A DNA stretch of 64,000 bases from Gammaproteobacteria bacterium (GTDB lineage: Bacteria > Pseudomonadota > Gammaproteobacteria > Pseudomonadales > Pseudohongiellaceae), in contig JAFMKB010000006.1 of NCBI GenBank assembly GCA_017853205.1, forward strand, positions 6,906 through 70,905, given 5' to 3'. This document shows, one piece after another, positions 1-9,880 of the stretch (within the stretch, counting starts at the first letter, position 1; every line of letters begins with the position of its first letter). Both the position numbers and the translations under genes were made by a program. Under the pieces are notes generated by a model. The model had not been told where the DNA came from and ran no database searches. It saw nothing but the letters and a program-made list of their open reading frames with translations.

Positions 1-518
1 CGGTATTTAAGACACGTGTGCGCGATGAATCTGTAGGAGGCGATAACCCGTTCGTTTGGAAGGACGTGACGACAGACGATATTTTCGGCGGTCGCCGTGT
101 GGCTGTGTTCTCCCTACCTGGTGCATTTACGCCCACATGCAGCAGCACGCATCTGCCGGGATTCGAAAGTAAATACGACGAACTCCGTGCGCGGGGCGTT
201 GAGGAGGTCTATTGCTTAAGCGTAAACGACGCGTTCTCAATGTTCCAATGGGCAAAACAGCTACAGGTACAGAAAGTAAAAATGTTGCCCGATGGCAACG
301 GCGAGTTTTCACGCAAAATGGGCATGTTAGTGAAAAAAGAAAATCTAGGTTTCGGAGAGCGTTCATGGCGTTATTCGATGTTGGTCGACGACGGTGTGAT
401 TACGCTGCTGAACGCTGAGGCAGGTAAAGTGGACAACTGTGAAACAGACCCGTTTGAATGCAGTGACGTTGATACCTTGCTAACCCAGATCGACAAACTC
501 GCTGCAAGTGCCGCTTAG
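1..518 (+). CDS. Peroxiredoxin, Prx5/atypical 2-Cys type (AhpC/TSA superfamily); 5' end cut by window edge
   Basis: The ORF track gives 18..518, but the frame stays open back to nt 3 (VFKTR precedes the GTG). The true N-terminus therefore lies outside the window. PGAFTPTCS peroxidatic-Cys motif and Prx5-like sequence throughout. Confidence 0.85.
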   Translation, partial: VFKTRVRDESVGGDNPFVWKDVTTDDIFGGRRVAVFSLPGAFTPTCSSTHLPGFESKYDELRARGVEEVYCLSVNDAFSMFQWAKQLQVQKVKMLPDGNGEFSRKMGMLVKKENLGFGERSWRYSMLVDDGVITLLNAEAGKVDNCETDPFECSDVDTLLTQIDKLAASAA

Positions 519-583
519 CAACTCATTAAAGCGAGAGCGGCAGAATTGTCTGCCGTTCTGGCTTTAAGCCTTTCAGTTCTCAT

Positions 584-2215
584 TCAGAGGGCATTTAAGT
601 CGGCGATAAGACCTTCGGCATAGTCCAATATGGCTTTCCTTTCTGCATCACCCTGTTTGTCCCAGCCTTTAAACAACATCGCGATGCGAGGATTCTTCGC
701 AAGCCTCTCACGATGTTTGATCATGAATCGCCAATAAAGGCTGTTTAGAGGGCACGCGCCACGTCCGGTTTTACGCTTTACGTCATAATGGCAACTACTA
801 CAGTAGTCGCTCATTTTGCTTATGTAGTTGCCGCTTGCTGCGTAGGGTTTGCTTGCTATAAGCCCACCATCACTAAACTGCGACATCCCTCGTGTATTTG
901 GCATCTCGACCCATTCGATCGCGTCGACATATATACCTAGATACCATGTATCGACCTCACTAGGTTCGATGCCGGCGAGCAAACAGAAGTTGCCTGTGAT
1001 CATAAGACGCTGGATATGATGTGCATAACTGGTGTTCAAAGATTGGCCAATTGCCTCGCTCATACAGCGCATTGATGTCTTTTCGTTCCAGAAAAAATCA
1101 GGCAACGGCGCGTGAGCATCGAGCGCGTTCTTTTGGCTATAGCCAGGCATATTGATCCAGTACATGCCGCGCATATATTCGCGCCAGCCGAGTATCTGTC
1201 TTACGAAGCCTTCCACCTGCGCGAGATCAATTTCACTTGGTCGAGCATCGAGAGCGGCGATCGCAGTGTCGATGACTTCGCGCGGGTGTAGTAACTTACA
1301 GTTCAACGCGAAACTAATGCGAGCATGATAGAGGCTCCATCTATGCGGTGAGTTGCAGGTCATCGCGTCTTGAAACGTGCCGAAGAGTGGCAGGCAGTTC
1401 GTACAGAAAAACTCGAGTTGAGCCTGCGCTTGGTCTCGATTAATTGGCCAAATAATGGATTCGGCTTTTACGCCAATTGTCTTTATCTTGTGTCTTTCGA
1501 GTCTTTCAATGATCGCTCTGACATCATTCGCGAAGACCAAGGGAGTAGGTAACGCCTCGATGTCCTGCTTTTTAAGCTTCTTACGATTCTCGGCATCGAA
1601 ATTCCAGCGTGCTCCGCGTGGTTGATCTCCCTCCATGAGTATGTCAAAGCGTTTGCGCATTTTTCGGTAGAAATTTTCCATTCTTACGGCCTTGTCAGCC
1701 GTAAACATTTTCTCAATTTCGGGGTAGGGAAGGAGGAAATGCTCAGATTCGTAGCGCGTCTTGCTGCAGTGCGCAGGCGGTCGGAATTGCTCAAGCTGGC
1801 ACATAAGCCGGTACTCGTCCGGACGCTGATAGTCGAAGTGCAAGATTGCGCTGTTCGCGCAGAGCGCAGTGATCAGTTCGGGCAGGGTCTTAAAGGGCGC
1901 TGTCGAATCGAGGTCTAAATGGAGTACAGTGTGCCCGAGATTCGCTAAGGTCTCTGCAAAGTCACGCATGGCTGCAAAGAACGCGCACACTTTCTGGCAG
2001 TGGTGCGGGGCGTAATCCGTCTCCTGTCGGAGTTCGGCGATCACATAAAGGATCGTCTCATCGCACTTCTCGAACCACGAATGTGACATCGCGAGTTGGT
2101 CGCCCAAAATCCATCGAATTCGTGACGTGTTCGATGGCACTGTGAGCGTGTTTTCGAGAAGCATAATGGCAAATGACCCTTTGTTAGTTAGCGCCTGCGC
2201 TGGCAGTAAAGACAT
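584..2215 (-). CDS. Cryptochrome/photolyase-family protein of the iron-sulfur class (FeS-BCP/CryPro, PhrB/CryB-like); probable (6-4) photolyase
   Basis: 543-aa ORF with photolyase-related sequence (GWREYMRGMYW region). The Cys set (MRCMSEAI, DYCSSCHYD, GACPLN) is spaced like the four 4Fe-4S ligands of PhrB/CryB. The real start may be the internal Met (MLLEN, near 2164). Confidence 0.8.
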   Translation of the reverse strand: MSLLPAQALTNKGSFAIMLLENTLTVPSNTSRIRWILGDQLAMSHSWFEKCDETILYVIAELRQETDYAPHHCQKVCAFFAAMRDFAETLANLGHTVLHLDLDSTAPFKTLPELITALCANSAILHFDYQRPDEYRLMCQLEQFRPPAHCSKTRYESEHFLLPYPEIEKMFTADKAVRMENFYRKMRKRFDILMEGDQPRGARWNFDAENRKKLKKQDIEALPTPLVFANDVRAIIERLERHKIKTIGVKAESIIWPINRDQAQAQLEFFCTNCLPLFGTFQDAMTCNSPHRWSLYHARISFALNCKLLHPREVIDTAIAALDARPSEIDLAQVEGFVRQILGWREYMRGMYWINMPGYSQKNALDAHAPLPDFFWNEKTSMRCMSEAIGQSLNTSYAHHIQRLMITGNFCLLAGIEPSEVDTWYLGIYVDAIEWVEMPNTRGMSQFSDGGLIASKPYAASGNYISKMSDYCSSCHYDVKRKTGRGACPLNSLYWRFMIKHRERLAKNPRIAMLFKGWDKQGDAERKAILDYAEGLIADLNAL

Positions 2216-2305
2216 ACTGATGGGTGACTAATGAATAACGCCAGATAGATTAAGCCAGACCAATCTCGACGCCTGTATTGACCGTACTATAAGCCATCGC
2301 CAACG

Positions 2306-2779
2306 GTGGGTGACATGGAGGGTGACATGACAAGAGCAGAAAAAATTATTTCGACGCTCGGCTACGCTGGTCTAATCCCATTCATAGCCGCCTGCGCGCT
2401 GCTTTATTCCGGCGCGGAGACGCTCGCTAACCAGATTTTTCTTAGCTACAGCGCGATCATTCTGTCCTTTTTGGGCGGAACTCACTGGGGCAGGCTAATT
2501 GCCTCGGATGTCTCCCTCAAAGTAAGCGTGGGACTGCTCGCACTTCTCGCGAGTAATGTGTTCGCTCTGCTGGGCTGGTCTGCGCTCCTCTTGAGCCAGT
2601 ATGGCAGCGTCTATCCGTTCGTCATACTCACCATCGGCTTTGTCATGCTGTTTATGGTGGAGGTTGCAGCAATGCCGACAATAGTTAGCACTGTTCATCG
2701 CCGCTACACGGCTTTTCGCGCTTTTTTAACCATTGCCGTCCTGATTTTGCACGGGGTGTTTATACTCTTGAGCGCTTAG
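2306..2779 (+). CDS. DUF3429-type small integral membrane protein
   Basis: 157 aa with about 4 hydrophobic helices and a GGTHWG motif typical of DUF3429. This family is commonly found beside photolyase genes. Confidence 0.6.
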   Translation: MGDMEGDMTRAEKIISTLGYAGLIPFIAACALLYSGAETLANQIFLSYSAIILSFLGGTHWGRLIASDVSLKVSVGLLALLASNVFALLGWSALLLSQYGSVYPFVILTIGFVMLFMVEVAAMPTIVSTVHRRYTAFRAFLTIAVLILHGVFILLSA

Positions 2780-2790
2780 CGCTTTCTGCG

Positions 2791-3270
2791 ATGGAATTTA
2801 TTTATCAGGCAAATTACAAGGTTTCTGTTATGAATCGCTACCCGTTAACCCTTTTCTTTGATAGCTACTGCCCGGTTTGCAGCGCAGAAATGAAGGAACT
2901 CGAAAAATTGGATACCGCAGGCAATCTGCGTTTCGAAGACATTCATGTCGACGATTTTTCCGCTCGTTTTCCGCATATTGACCCTGTCGCGGCAAATAAG
3001 ATTATGCACGGGGTTTATGCCGATGGAACCATGATATTGGGCCTTGATGTCGCACATCAGTCCTGGCGCGCGGTGGGTCAGAAGCGCTGGCTGGGAATTT
3101 TGCGGCTCCCTGTTGTACGCTGGTTTAGTGACCTTGGTTATTTATTCTTCGCACGGTATCGCTACGGTATTTCATATATTTTGACCGGCCAGAGGCGCTG
3201 CGAACCCTGTGCCAAACTAGAGACTGAGAGCTGCGCGATAGCGGAAAAGACCGAGACTCAAAAACTATGA
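2791..3270 (+). CDS. DCC-family thiol-disulfide oxidoreductase (DUF393)
   Basis: FFDSYCPVCSAEM matches the DxxCxxC signature of the DCC/DUF393 family. The likely start is the internal Met (MNRYPL, ~2830). Confidence 0.7.
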   Translation: MEFIYQANYKVSVMNRYPLTLFFDSYCPVCSAEMKELEKLDTAGNLRFEDIHVDDFSARFPHIDPVAANKIMHGVYADGTMILGLDVAHQSWRAVGQKRWLGILRLPVVRWFSDLGYLFFARYRYGISYILTGQRRCEPCAKLETESCAIAEKTETQKL

Positions 3271-4037
3271 GCGACGCAGTGCTAGTGATAGGCGCGCAAA
3301 GCGAGATAGGACAATCTCTTATCGCAAAGGTTATAGCCGAGGAGAAGACATCGCAGGTTATCGCGATAAGTCGCAGCGATTGCCCTAACTCGCTCGCGTC
3401 GCGAGTGTTAGACGAGGCGCGGTTGGCATGGATGCGCTGCGATTATAGTGACGAGCAGATGAAGGATGTGGTTGAGCGCTGTGGGGCATTGCTCGCGGAG
3501 AAAAATGCCACACTGAGTCGTTTGATCATATGCAATGGCCGTCTGCACGACTCGACTATAAGTCCGGAAAAGCGCATCGAAGATCTCGATCGTGACACGC
3601 TCCATGCAATATTCGAGAGTAACGCTGTGATTCCCGCACTCTGGCTAAAACATTTTAAAGGGTTTCTTAAGGCGCATCTCAAGGGAAGAATCCCCGCTGT
3701 GGTTGCTGTGCTAAGCGCCCGAATAGGCAGTATCGAAGACAATGGAAAAGGGGGCTGGTATGCGTACCGCGCCTCGAAGGCTGCGCTAAATATGCTGCTA
3801 AAAACGAGTGCTATCGAATATCAGCGCTCGCTGCCCGAGCTGCGGTTCATTGCCTTTCATCCCGGCACTACAGACACTCCTTTGAGTAAGCCTTTCCAGC
3901 GCTCCGTGCCAGAGGGTAGATTATTCACACCTGATTTCGTCGCAGCATCATTGCTTGCTCGCCTTAGTGAAGCACTTGCAGTGAGCAGGACATCGGCCAG
4001 TTTCGTTGCTTGGGATGGTAGTCAGATCCCTTGGTAA
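3267..4037 (+). CDS. Short-chain dehydrogenase/reductase (SDR, C-factor-like)
   Basis: N-terminal VIGAQSEIG Rossmann motif and YRASKAALN catalytic Tyr-x3-Lys. There is a 4-nt overlap with the upstream ORF. Confidence 0.8.
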   Translation: MSDAVLVIGAQSEIGQSLIAKVIAEEKTSQVIAISRSDCPNSLASRVLDEARLAWMRCDYSDEQMKDVVERCGALLAEKNATLSRLIICNGRLHDSTISPEKRIEDLDRDTLHAIFESNAVIPALWLKHFKGFLKAHLKGRIPAVVAVLSARIGSIEDNGKGGWYAYRASKAALNMLLKTSAIEYQRSLPELRFIAFHPGTTDTPLSKPFQRSVPEGRLFTPDFVAASLLARLSEALAVSRTSASFVAWDGSQIPW

Positions 4038-4126
4038 GTTGCCAATCTCGATTGCTCTCGGTTAGCCTAAACCTATAAAAGCGCCAAGATCGCGCTCCCC
4101 CGTTTCGCTCTACAAGGAGGTCCACC

Positions 4127-5989
4127 ATGATTATCCGAAAAACTACAGGCAGCGCTTTGCTCTTTAGCTTGGCTCTTGCACTCTCATCGCTGTCGACATC
4201 TTTGCAATCTGCTGAGGGCGTCGTTTGGGATCTCACTGGCGTCTATGCCGATACCGACGTATGGGAATCTGCATTAGAGGCCGCGCAGGCAGACATTGCC
4301 GATTTGCCTGAGTTGGCGGGCTCACTAGGCGACAGTGCAGCGTCTCTGAGTGCTGCACTCGACCGCATTTCCTCGCTTGAGAAGGAAATCGCGAGGATCT
4401 ATGTCTATACCAGCCTTATTTTTGATTCGGATCAGCGTGATCCCGAGGCTCAGGCACGAATGGGCCGCTCGCGAGCGCTTTATGCAAGTTTCGAAGAATC
4501 GATATCGTGGCTAGCGCCAGAAATACTCGCCGTGGGTGAAGCCCGCATCGAATCCTTTCTTGCAGCCAATGAAGCGCTTGCAGCACATGCTTTTTATTTG
4601 CGCGACACGCTGCGCCGGGCTCCCCACACCCTGGATGCGAAAACAGAGGAGATCTTAGCTCAAGCGGGTCTCGCACTTAATGCGTCGGAACAGATATACG
4701 AAAGTTATGCTAACGCCGATATTCCTTGGCCGACGGTAACGTTGAGTGAGGGGCAGGAAGTTACTCTTTCGCAGGCAGGCTACTCGCTTTGGCGTGCTGC
4801 GCCGAATCGTAATGATCGAAAATTGGTTTTCGATGCTTTTTGGCAAACGTGGAATCAATATAACGACGGCATGGGCGCGACGATGGCGGCCAACGTTCAG
4901 TCGAATGTGTTTAGTGCGAGAGTTCGCAACCATGAGTCAACCTTGGCAGCTAACCTCTTTAACGATGGCCTGCCTCCCGAGGTCTATACACAGCTAGTTA
5001 CGCAGGTTAACCAATCGCTTCCATTATTCCATCGTTATCTCTCATTGCGCGGGCGTATGCTCGGTATCGATGATCTTAGGTATTACGATATCTATCCACC
5101 GTTGGTGGAAGTCGACACTGGTGAGTTCGATCTGGCGCGCTCTGCGGAGATAACCTTTGAGGCGCTCAAACCCTTTGGCGAAGAGTACCTTGCCTTACTA
5201 AGGACAGGATTAGATGGCGAGTGGATGCACAGTCACCCTGCACCCGGTAAGCGTTCTGGGGCCTACATGAATGGCTCTATCTATGATGTTCACCCATTCG
5301 TGCTGCTAAATCATAATGATGACTATGAGTCGCTGTCGACGTTCGCTCACGAATGGGGGCATGCGGTTCACAGCTTACTAGCACAGGCGCAAAACCCCTA
5401 TGAGACCGCAAGCTATTCAACCTTCACCGCCGAAATGGCGTCAACGATTAATGAAATATTGCTGCAAGAATACATGATTGAAAACGCACGCAGCGATGAA
5501 GAGAAGCTGTTTTATTTGGGTGGAGCGCTCGAGAATATCCGCGGCACACTGTTTCGCCAGACGATGTTCGCCGAGTTCGAGCTAGCGATGCATGAAGCCG
5601 TGGAGGCTGGCGAGCCCCTTACTGGGCCCAAATTGTCTGAAATGTATGGCGAGCTTCTGAAACGTTATCATGGCCATGATCTCGGTGTCCTGACAATCGA
5701 CGATGAATACGCCGCCGAATGGGCGTTTATTCCGCATTTCTATTACGACTTCTACGTTTTCCAGTACGCAACATCGATTACAGGGGCAGCGTGGTTTGCG
5801 GAGCAATTTTTGGCAGGTGATGAGCAGGTACGCGACGCATTTATTCGGGTGTTAAGCGCTGGTGGTTCGGATTACGCGCACACTATTTTGCGGGACGAAG
5901 CGGGACTTGATATGACTTCGGCCGAGGCTTATGGGCCGGTGCTAAGAAGAATGGAATCGCTGATGGATAGGATTGAGGCGCTGCTGTAA
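4127..5989 (+). CDS. M3-family oligoendopeptidase (PepF-like), exported
   Basis: 620 aa with an N-terminal signal peptide (LALALSSLSTSLQSAEG), an HEWGH zinc motif and PepF-like sequence. AAGGAGG RBS at ~4113. Confidence 0.85.
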   Translation: MIIRKTTGSALLFSLALALSSLSTSLQSAEGVVWDLTGVYADTDVWESALEAAQADIADLPELAGSLGDSAASLSAALDRISSLEKEIARIYVYTSLIFDSDQRDPEAQARMGRSRALYASFEESISWLAPEILAVGEARIESFLAANEALAAHAFYLRDTLRRAPHTLDAKTEEILAQAGLALNASEQIYESYANADIPWPTVTLSEGQEVTLSQAGYSLWRAAPNRNDRKLVFDAFWQTWNQYNDGMGATMAANVQSNVFSARVRNHESTLAANLFNDGLPPEVYTQLVTQVNQSLPLFHRYLSLRGRMLGIDDLRYYDIYPPLVEVDTGEFDLARSAEITFEALKPFGEEYLALLRTGLDGEWMHSHPAPGKRSGAYMNGSIYDVHPFVLLNHNDDYESLSTFAHEWGHAVHSLLAQAQNPYETASYSTFTAEMASTINEILLQEYMIENARSDEEKLFYLGGALENIRGTLFRQTMFAEFELAMHEAVEAGEPLTGPKLSEMYGELLKRYHGHDLGVLTIDDEYAAEWAFIPHFYYDFYVFQYATSITGAAWFAEQFLAGDEQVRDAFIRVLSAGGSDYAHTILRDEAGLDMTSAEAYGPVLRRMESLMDRIEALL

Positions 5990-6002
5990 AACAGTCCGCG
6001 TT

Positions 6003-6036
6003 AAAAAAAACGGGAAGCGCTGCTTCCCGTTTTTTT
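6003..6036. terminator. Bidirectional rho-independent terminator between convergent genes
   Basis: A8 tract, then stem CGGGAAGC (6011-6018) / GCTTCCCG (6022-6029), then a T7 tract. Confidence 0.75.
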
Positions 6037-6047
6037 GCTAAAGGCTG

Positions 6048-6950
6048 TTAGTCAGCAAAGCTTGGAATAGTTTTGGGATGAGCGTAAAGCCACTCGACTA
6101 CCTGCGCCGTAAAGGTCGGCGAAAACGCGGGCACATGTGAACCATCCACGATTGTCCACAGTTCGGCAGAGCCTCCCGCTTTACACCCTTTTTTAAACAC
6201 GACGGTTGACGATTCATGGCCATCTAGGGTGCTCACCAGATCGCGCAATTCGCGCTCCTCACCTTCGGCTTTGCAGCCGTTATACTCGGCCCACCGCTTT
6301 ACAGTATCCAGTGCCGACGGGTAGTAATTCTGCAGTATATGCGAGCCTTCGTATGCAATTGTACCGTCTGCTGTGCCGTGGATCTGAAGCACGTGTACGG
6401 GGCTTTGGGGCGGCTCACGCTCCTCTAAATGACTTGCACCGGCAAGGCTTGCGATGGCAGCAATAGTATCGGAATGCTCGTAGGCCGCACGATAGGACAT
6501 GAATCCACCGTTGCTGTGCCCTACGAGGTAGATGCGATTGTTGTCGACAGTGAATTTAGACTTCACTTCTTTGATGATGTCAGCGATATAGGCCGAATCG
6601 TCGACTTCAGTGGAGAAGAAGTCGCAGCAGGCGTCCGAAGCATTCCAGAAGCGATTCTGATCGCCTCCCGGCTCGCGGTTGCCGTCTGGGGCTACCAGCA
6701 GAAACCCATATTGATCAGCTAGCTTACTAAAGCCCATATAGTTGTCTTGCATCGCACCACTCGATGTGTAGCCGTGCAGCAACACTATCAGAGGAGTGGG
6801 ATTTTCGCTTGAGTATCCTGCTGGCACAGTGATCGGCAGTTCGCCGCGTCCGAGGTCGATAGACTGTGCGTTCAAGGCGAACGAGGCTATGACGAAAGTG
6901 ACTGCCACGAAGGCAGTGGATAGTCGATGTAACATGATTTCGATCCTCAT
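6048..6950 (-). CDS. Secreted alpha/beta-hydrolase esterase (PHB-depolymerase/LpqC-like family)
   Basis: Signal peptide, LLHGYTSSG oxyanion region, GHSNGG nucleophile elbow and a later HG(T)AD motif. Confidence 0.7.
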   Translation of the reverse strand: MRIEIMLHRLSTAFVAVTFVIASFALNAQSIDLGRGELPITVPAGYSSENPTPLIVLLHGYTSSGAMQDNYMGFSKLADQYGFLLVAPDGNREPGGDQNRFWNASDACCDFFSTEVDDSAYIADIIKEVKSKFTVDNNRIYLVGHSNGGFMSYRAAYEHSDTIAAIASLAGASHLEEREPPQSPVHVLQIHGTADGTIAYEGSHILQNYYPSALDTVKRWAEYNGCKAEGEERELRDLVSTLDGHESSTVVFKKGCKAGGSAELWTIVDGSHVPAFSPTFTAQVVEWLYAHPKTIPSFAD

Positions 6951-6978
6951 TGATCTCAGTAATTTAACGAGCCAAAGT

Positions 6979-7851
6979 TTACCCTAAATCTCCTTTACCA
7001 AAATAGGGGATTAGGGAAGGGGTTCTGGCCTTGTATCGTCTGAACTCGGGGTCGTTGCCCCAGCGTGACTCGGCATTTTGCTCGAGCAACGGCACGCCGC
7101 TAACTTTTAATAGAAGAAAGATGACAAAGACTGGAGAGATCAGTGTCATCCACTGCCAGCCTGAGAGTACCGGCAGAGCGATGATGGCGATGCCGATCCA
7201 CAGAATAATTTCACCGAGATAATTGGGATGGCGAGAAATCGACCAGAGTCCGCTACTGATGAATTTCTCGGCATTAGCAGGGTCTTTGCGAAATGTTGTT
7301 TTCTGCCGGTCGGCAATGACCTCGATGACAAAGCCTAGTGCCCACATTGCGGCGCCGATTATCAAAAATGCGTCAACCGGCGATTGTGACTGCGAAGTCA
7401 TTGCTGCGAGACCCGAGGCCATGGTCATAAAGACCCACGTTCCACCTACAGTCCACGTAAACAAAAAGCGAAAAAACTTGGTTTTTATTTGTGTGAAGCG
7501 GCGGTCTTGGCCGGCTCTTTTGACCCTGATGAAAAGAAAGCTGCCAAGCCGCACAGCCCACACGCAGATGAGCGTGGCAACCACGAGTCCTCGCGCATCT
7601 AAGGAGGGCACGAGTATGAACGCGAGGGCAACTGTCGCGACATAGGAAATGGAGCCAATCAGGTCAAAATAATGCTCGGTCTGAAACAGGTAGGCGGGAA
7701 TAAAGCCTAGCCAGTGCAAGATGAAACCTACAGAGGCACAGAGCATGAAGATGGGCATACCATTGAACAAGTTGCTATTACTGCTGCCAGCGAGTGCTAT
7801 GAGCGTGCTGAGGGTGACGGCCACAACGATACCAATTATCGATTTGAGCAT
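6979..7851 (-). CDS. DUF1295 membrane protein (steroid 5-alpha-reductase/ICMT-like fold)
   Basis: 290 aa, polytopic, with the SRHPNYLGE motif characteristic of DUF1295. Confidence 0.7.
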   Translation of the reverse strand: MLKSIIGIVVAVTLSTLIALAGSSNSNLFNGMPIFMLCASVGFILHWLGFIPAYLFQTEHYFDLIGSISYVATVALAFILVPSLDARGLVVATLICVWAVRLGSFLFIRVKRAGQDRRFTQIKTKFFRFLFTWTVGGTWVFMTMASGLAAMTSQSQSPVDAFLIIGAAMWALGFVIEVIADRQKTTFRKDPANAEKFISSGLWSISRHPNYLGEIILWIGIAIIALPVLSGWQWMTLISPVFVIFLLLKVSGVPLLEQNAESRWGNDPEFRRYKARTPSLIPYFGKGDLG

Positions 7852-7971
7852 AGTCCTTTCCTTTTTCCGGGCACATCTTTCTTGGTGCGCCTCTCATTGT
7901 TATCAATAACGCTAAGCTGCGGCTTAGCGGTTCATTCGGTTTAATCCTATTAAATATTAAGAGTCGCTTTG

Positions 7972-8850
7972 CTAGGCTACGGTGTCTGACATCGTCTGTT
8001 TTTTGGGCGGTAGTGATGCGAAATCGCCTTCGCGCTTCTCACCCGCAGCTGCCATAGCTTCGCGAACCTCGGCCGAGCTAAGCATGCTGGCATTCCAGAT
8101 ACTAATATAATCTAGGCTATCCGCTGTGCTGTGATCTCGGGAATAGGTGATCAGGCGTTTACTGCCATAGATTGCGATCGGCGCCTTTTTGGTGATTTCG
8201 CGGGCGACGCTCATTACGCCTGCCAGCAGTTCTTCGTGGGTATCGAAGACGGCATTTACCAGTCCTATCTCTTTCGCTTCTTGGGCACCCATTCGTCTCC
8301 CCGTGTAGGCGAGTTCCCGTGCAATACCCTCGGGAATGAGTTTGGTGATGCGTGGGAATGTGCCGACATCGGCGGTCATGCCGATGTTGATTTCGAAAAT
8401 AGTGAGGAAACCGTCTTTGCTCATGTAGCGCATGTCACAGGCGGTGATCAGATCTACACCCCCGCCAATTGCGCCGCCCTGTATCGCTGCGAGTACAGGT
8501 ACGCGGCACTCCTCTAAGCAATTGAACGTGCGCTGCATGCGCAGTACATTGTCGTAGAAGCGGGCGCCATGCCGTCTTTTCTGATGCTCCAGCTCTCGCG
8601 GGTCATCCGTAGAGGCTTCGCTGCTCGCGAACACAGCTGTGTCGATACCCGCACTAAAGTGTGGGCCCGTCGAGGAAATCACAATGACGCGAACGCTGTC
8701 GTCCTGTTCGAGCTCGCTAATGACAGCGGGCAGTTCGTCCCAGAATGCGGAAATCATACTATTTCGCTTTTCAGGACGATTGAGCACGATGTGTGCAATA
8801 TAGTCGGCGATCGAGACATCAAAGCAGGTTGTTTTCACAGGGTTCCTCAT
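7972..8850 (-). CDS. Enoyl-CoA hydratase/isomerase (crotonase) family, dienoyl-CoA-isomerase-like
   Basis: LNRPEKRNSM, GPHFSAGID and AAIQGGAIGGGVDL crotonase signatures. Confidence 0.85.
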   Translation of the reverse strand: MRNPVKTTCFDVSIADYIAHIVLNRPEKRNSMISAFWDELPAVISELEQDDSVRVIVISSTGPHFSAGIDTAVFASSEASTDDPRELEHQKRRHGARFYDNVLRMQRTFNCLEECRVPVLAAIQGGAIGGGVDLITACDMRYMSKDGFLTIFEINIGMTADVGTFPRITKLIPEGIARELAYTGRRMGAQEAKEIGLVNAVFDTHEELLAGVMSVAREITKKAPIAIYGSKRLITYSRDHSTADSLDYISIWNASMLSSAEVREAMAAAGEKREGDFASLPPKKQTMSDTVA

Positions 8851-8918
8851 TCTGGGTCGGTGCGCGTTTTCCGCGATTTTACGCAGACTACCCCATTAGA
8901 TGACAGAGTCAATTGTAC

Positions 8919-9845
8919 TCATGCCTTATTCTCAATGAGGTAGGCAAGCGCTAGATCGATGTTCGAGTATTGCAGCGCGATGCCTAGGTTTGAAAGGCGC
9001 TTAGAGACGACCGACGAACGGCCCAGCAGCAGTGCGTCGCCCATTTCGCCAAACAAGAGTCGAATGAAGACTTTTGGTAAGGGGAACGGTGTGGGTCGGC
9101 GGATTGCGCGACCAAGTGACTTGGTAAAATCAGCGTTGGTAATGGGTTCGCCGGCGACGAGATTGAGCGCGCAGGCGCCTTGCTGGTCAGTGTGGGCGGC
9201 AAGTGACTCTGGCTCCTGAATCAGCGTTGTGAGTATAGCCACAGCATCGGTTAGGGCAATCCAGCTCATCGGCTGTTTGCCGTCTCCAAGCCGGCCTCCC
9301 ATACAGAGCGAAAATGGCAGCATTAATTTGCCGAGCACGCCGCCTTTAGTGCTTAGTACGACGCCGAAGCGAAGATGGGCTGTGGGTATACCTGCAAGCC
9401 TTGCGGGCGCCGTCGCTTGTTCCCAACGCGTGGCGACAGCTGCCAGAAAATCGTTCCCGGCGGGCGAGTCTTCGTCGAGAGGGTCGTCCGACTCGCCATA
9501 GAACCCCACTGCAGAGGCTGATAGGAAGATATTAGGAGATTTGGTCTTCGTCGCCAGGGCTGAGGCGAGCGCGGTGGTGATGTCGACGCGGCTGTTAACT
9601 ATCTCCCTCTTACGGCTGTCGGTCCAGCGGCCATCGGCGATGCTCGGACCGGCGAGGTTGACGACAGCATCAAGGTGAATAGAGTCGTCCAGCGTTACCC
9701 GCTTAGACTCTGATGAGTAATTGAATTGGGCCTCAGGATTATCTCTTGCGAGTTTATGGACGGCGAAGCCGGCTTTGCGAAGATGATCCGAAAGCGCTGT
9801 GCCGATTAGACCACTCGCGCCGCTAATCAATACTGTTTGCTGCAT
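8919..9845 (-). CDS. TIGR01777/YfcH-type NAD-dependent epimerase-like protein (SDR fold + DUF1731)
   Basis: VLISGASGLIGTAL Rossmann motif. I prefer the ATG at 9845 (MQQTVLISG, preceded by AAGGAAG) over the GTG at 9881 used in the ORF track. Confidence 0.75.
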   Translation of the reverse strand: MQQTVLISGASGLIGTALSDHLRKAGFAVHKLARDNPEAQFNYSSESKRVTLDDSIHLDAVVNLAGPSIADGRWTDSRKREIVNSRVDITTALASALATKTKSPNIFLSASAVGFYGESDDPLDEDSPAGNDFLAAVATRWEQATAPARLAGIPTAHLRFGVVLSTKGGVLGKLMLPFSLCMGGRLGDGKQPMSWIALTDAVAILTTLIQEPESLAAHTDQQGACALNLVAGEPITNADFTKSLGRAIRRPTPFPLPKVFIRLLFGEMGDALLLGRSSVVSKRLSNLGIALQYSNIDLALAYLIENKA

Positions 9846-9880
9846 TGCCTTGCTTCCTTGCTCATGCGAATTGGGCGCCA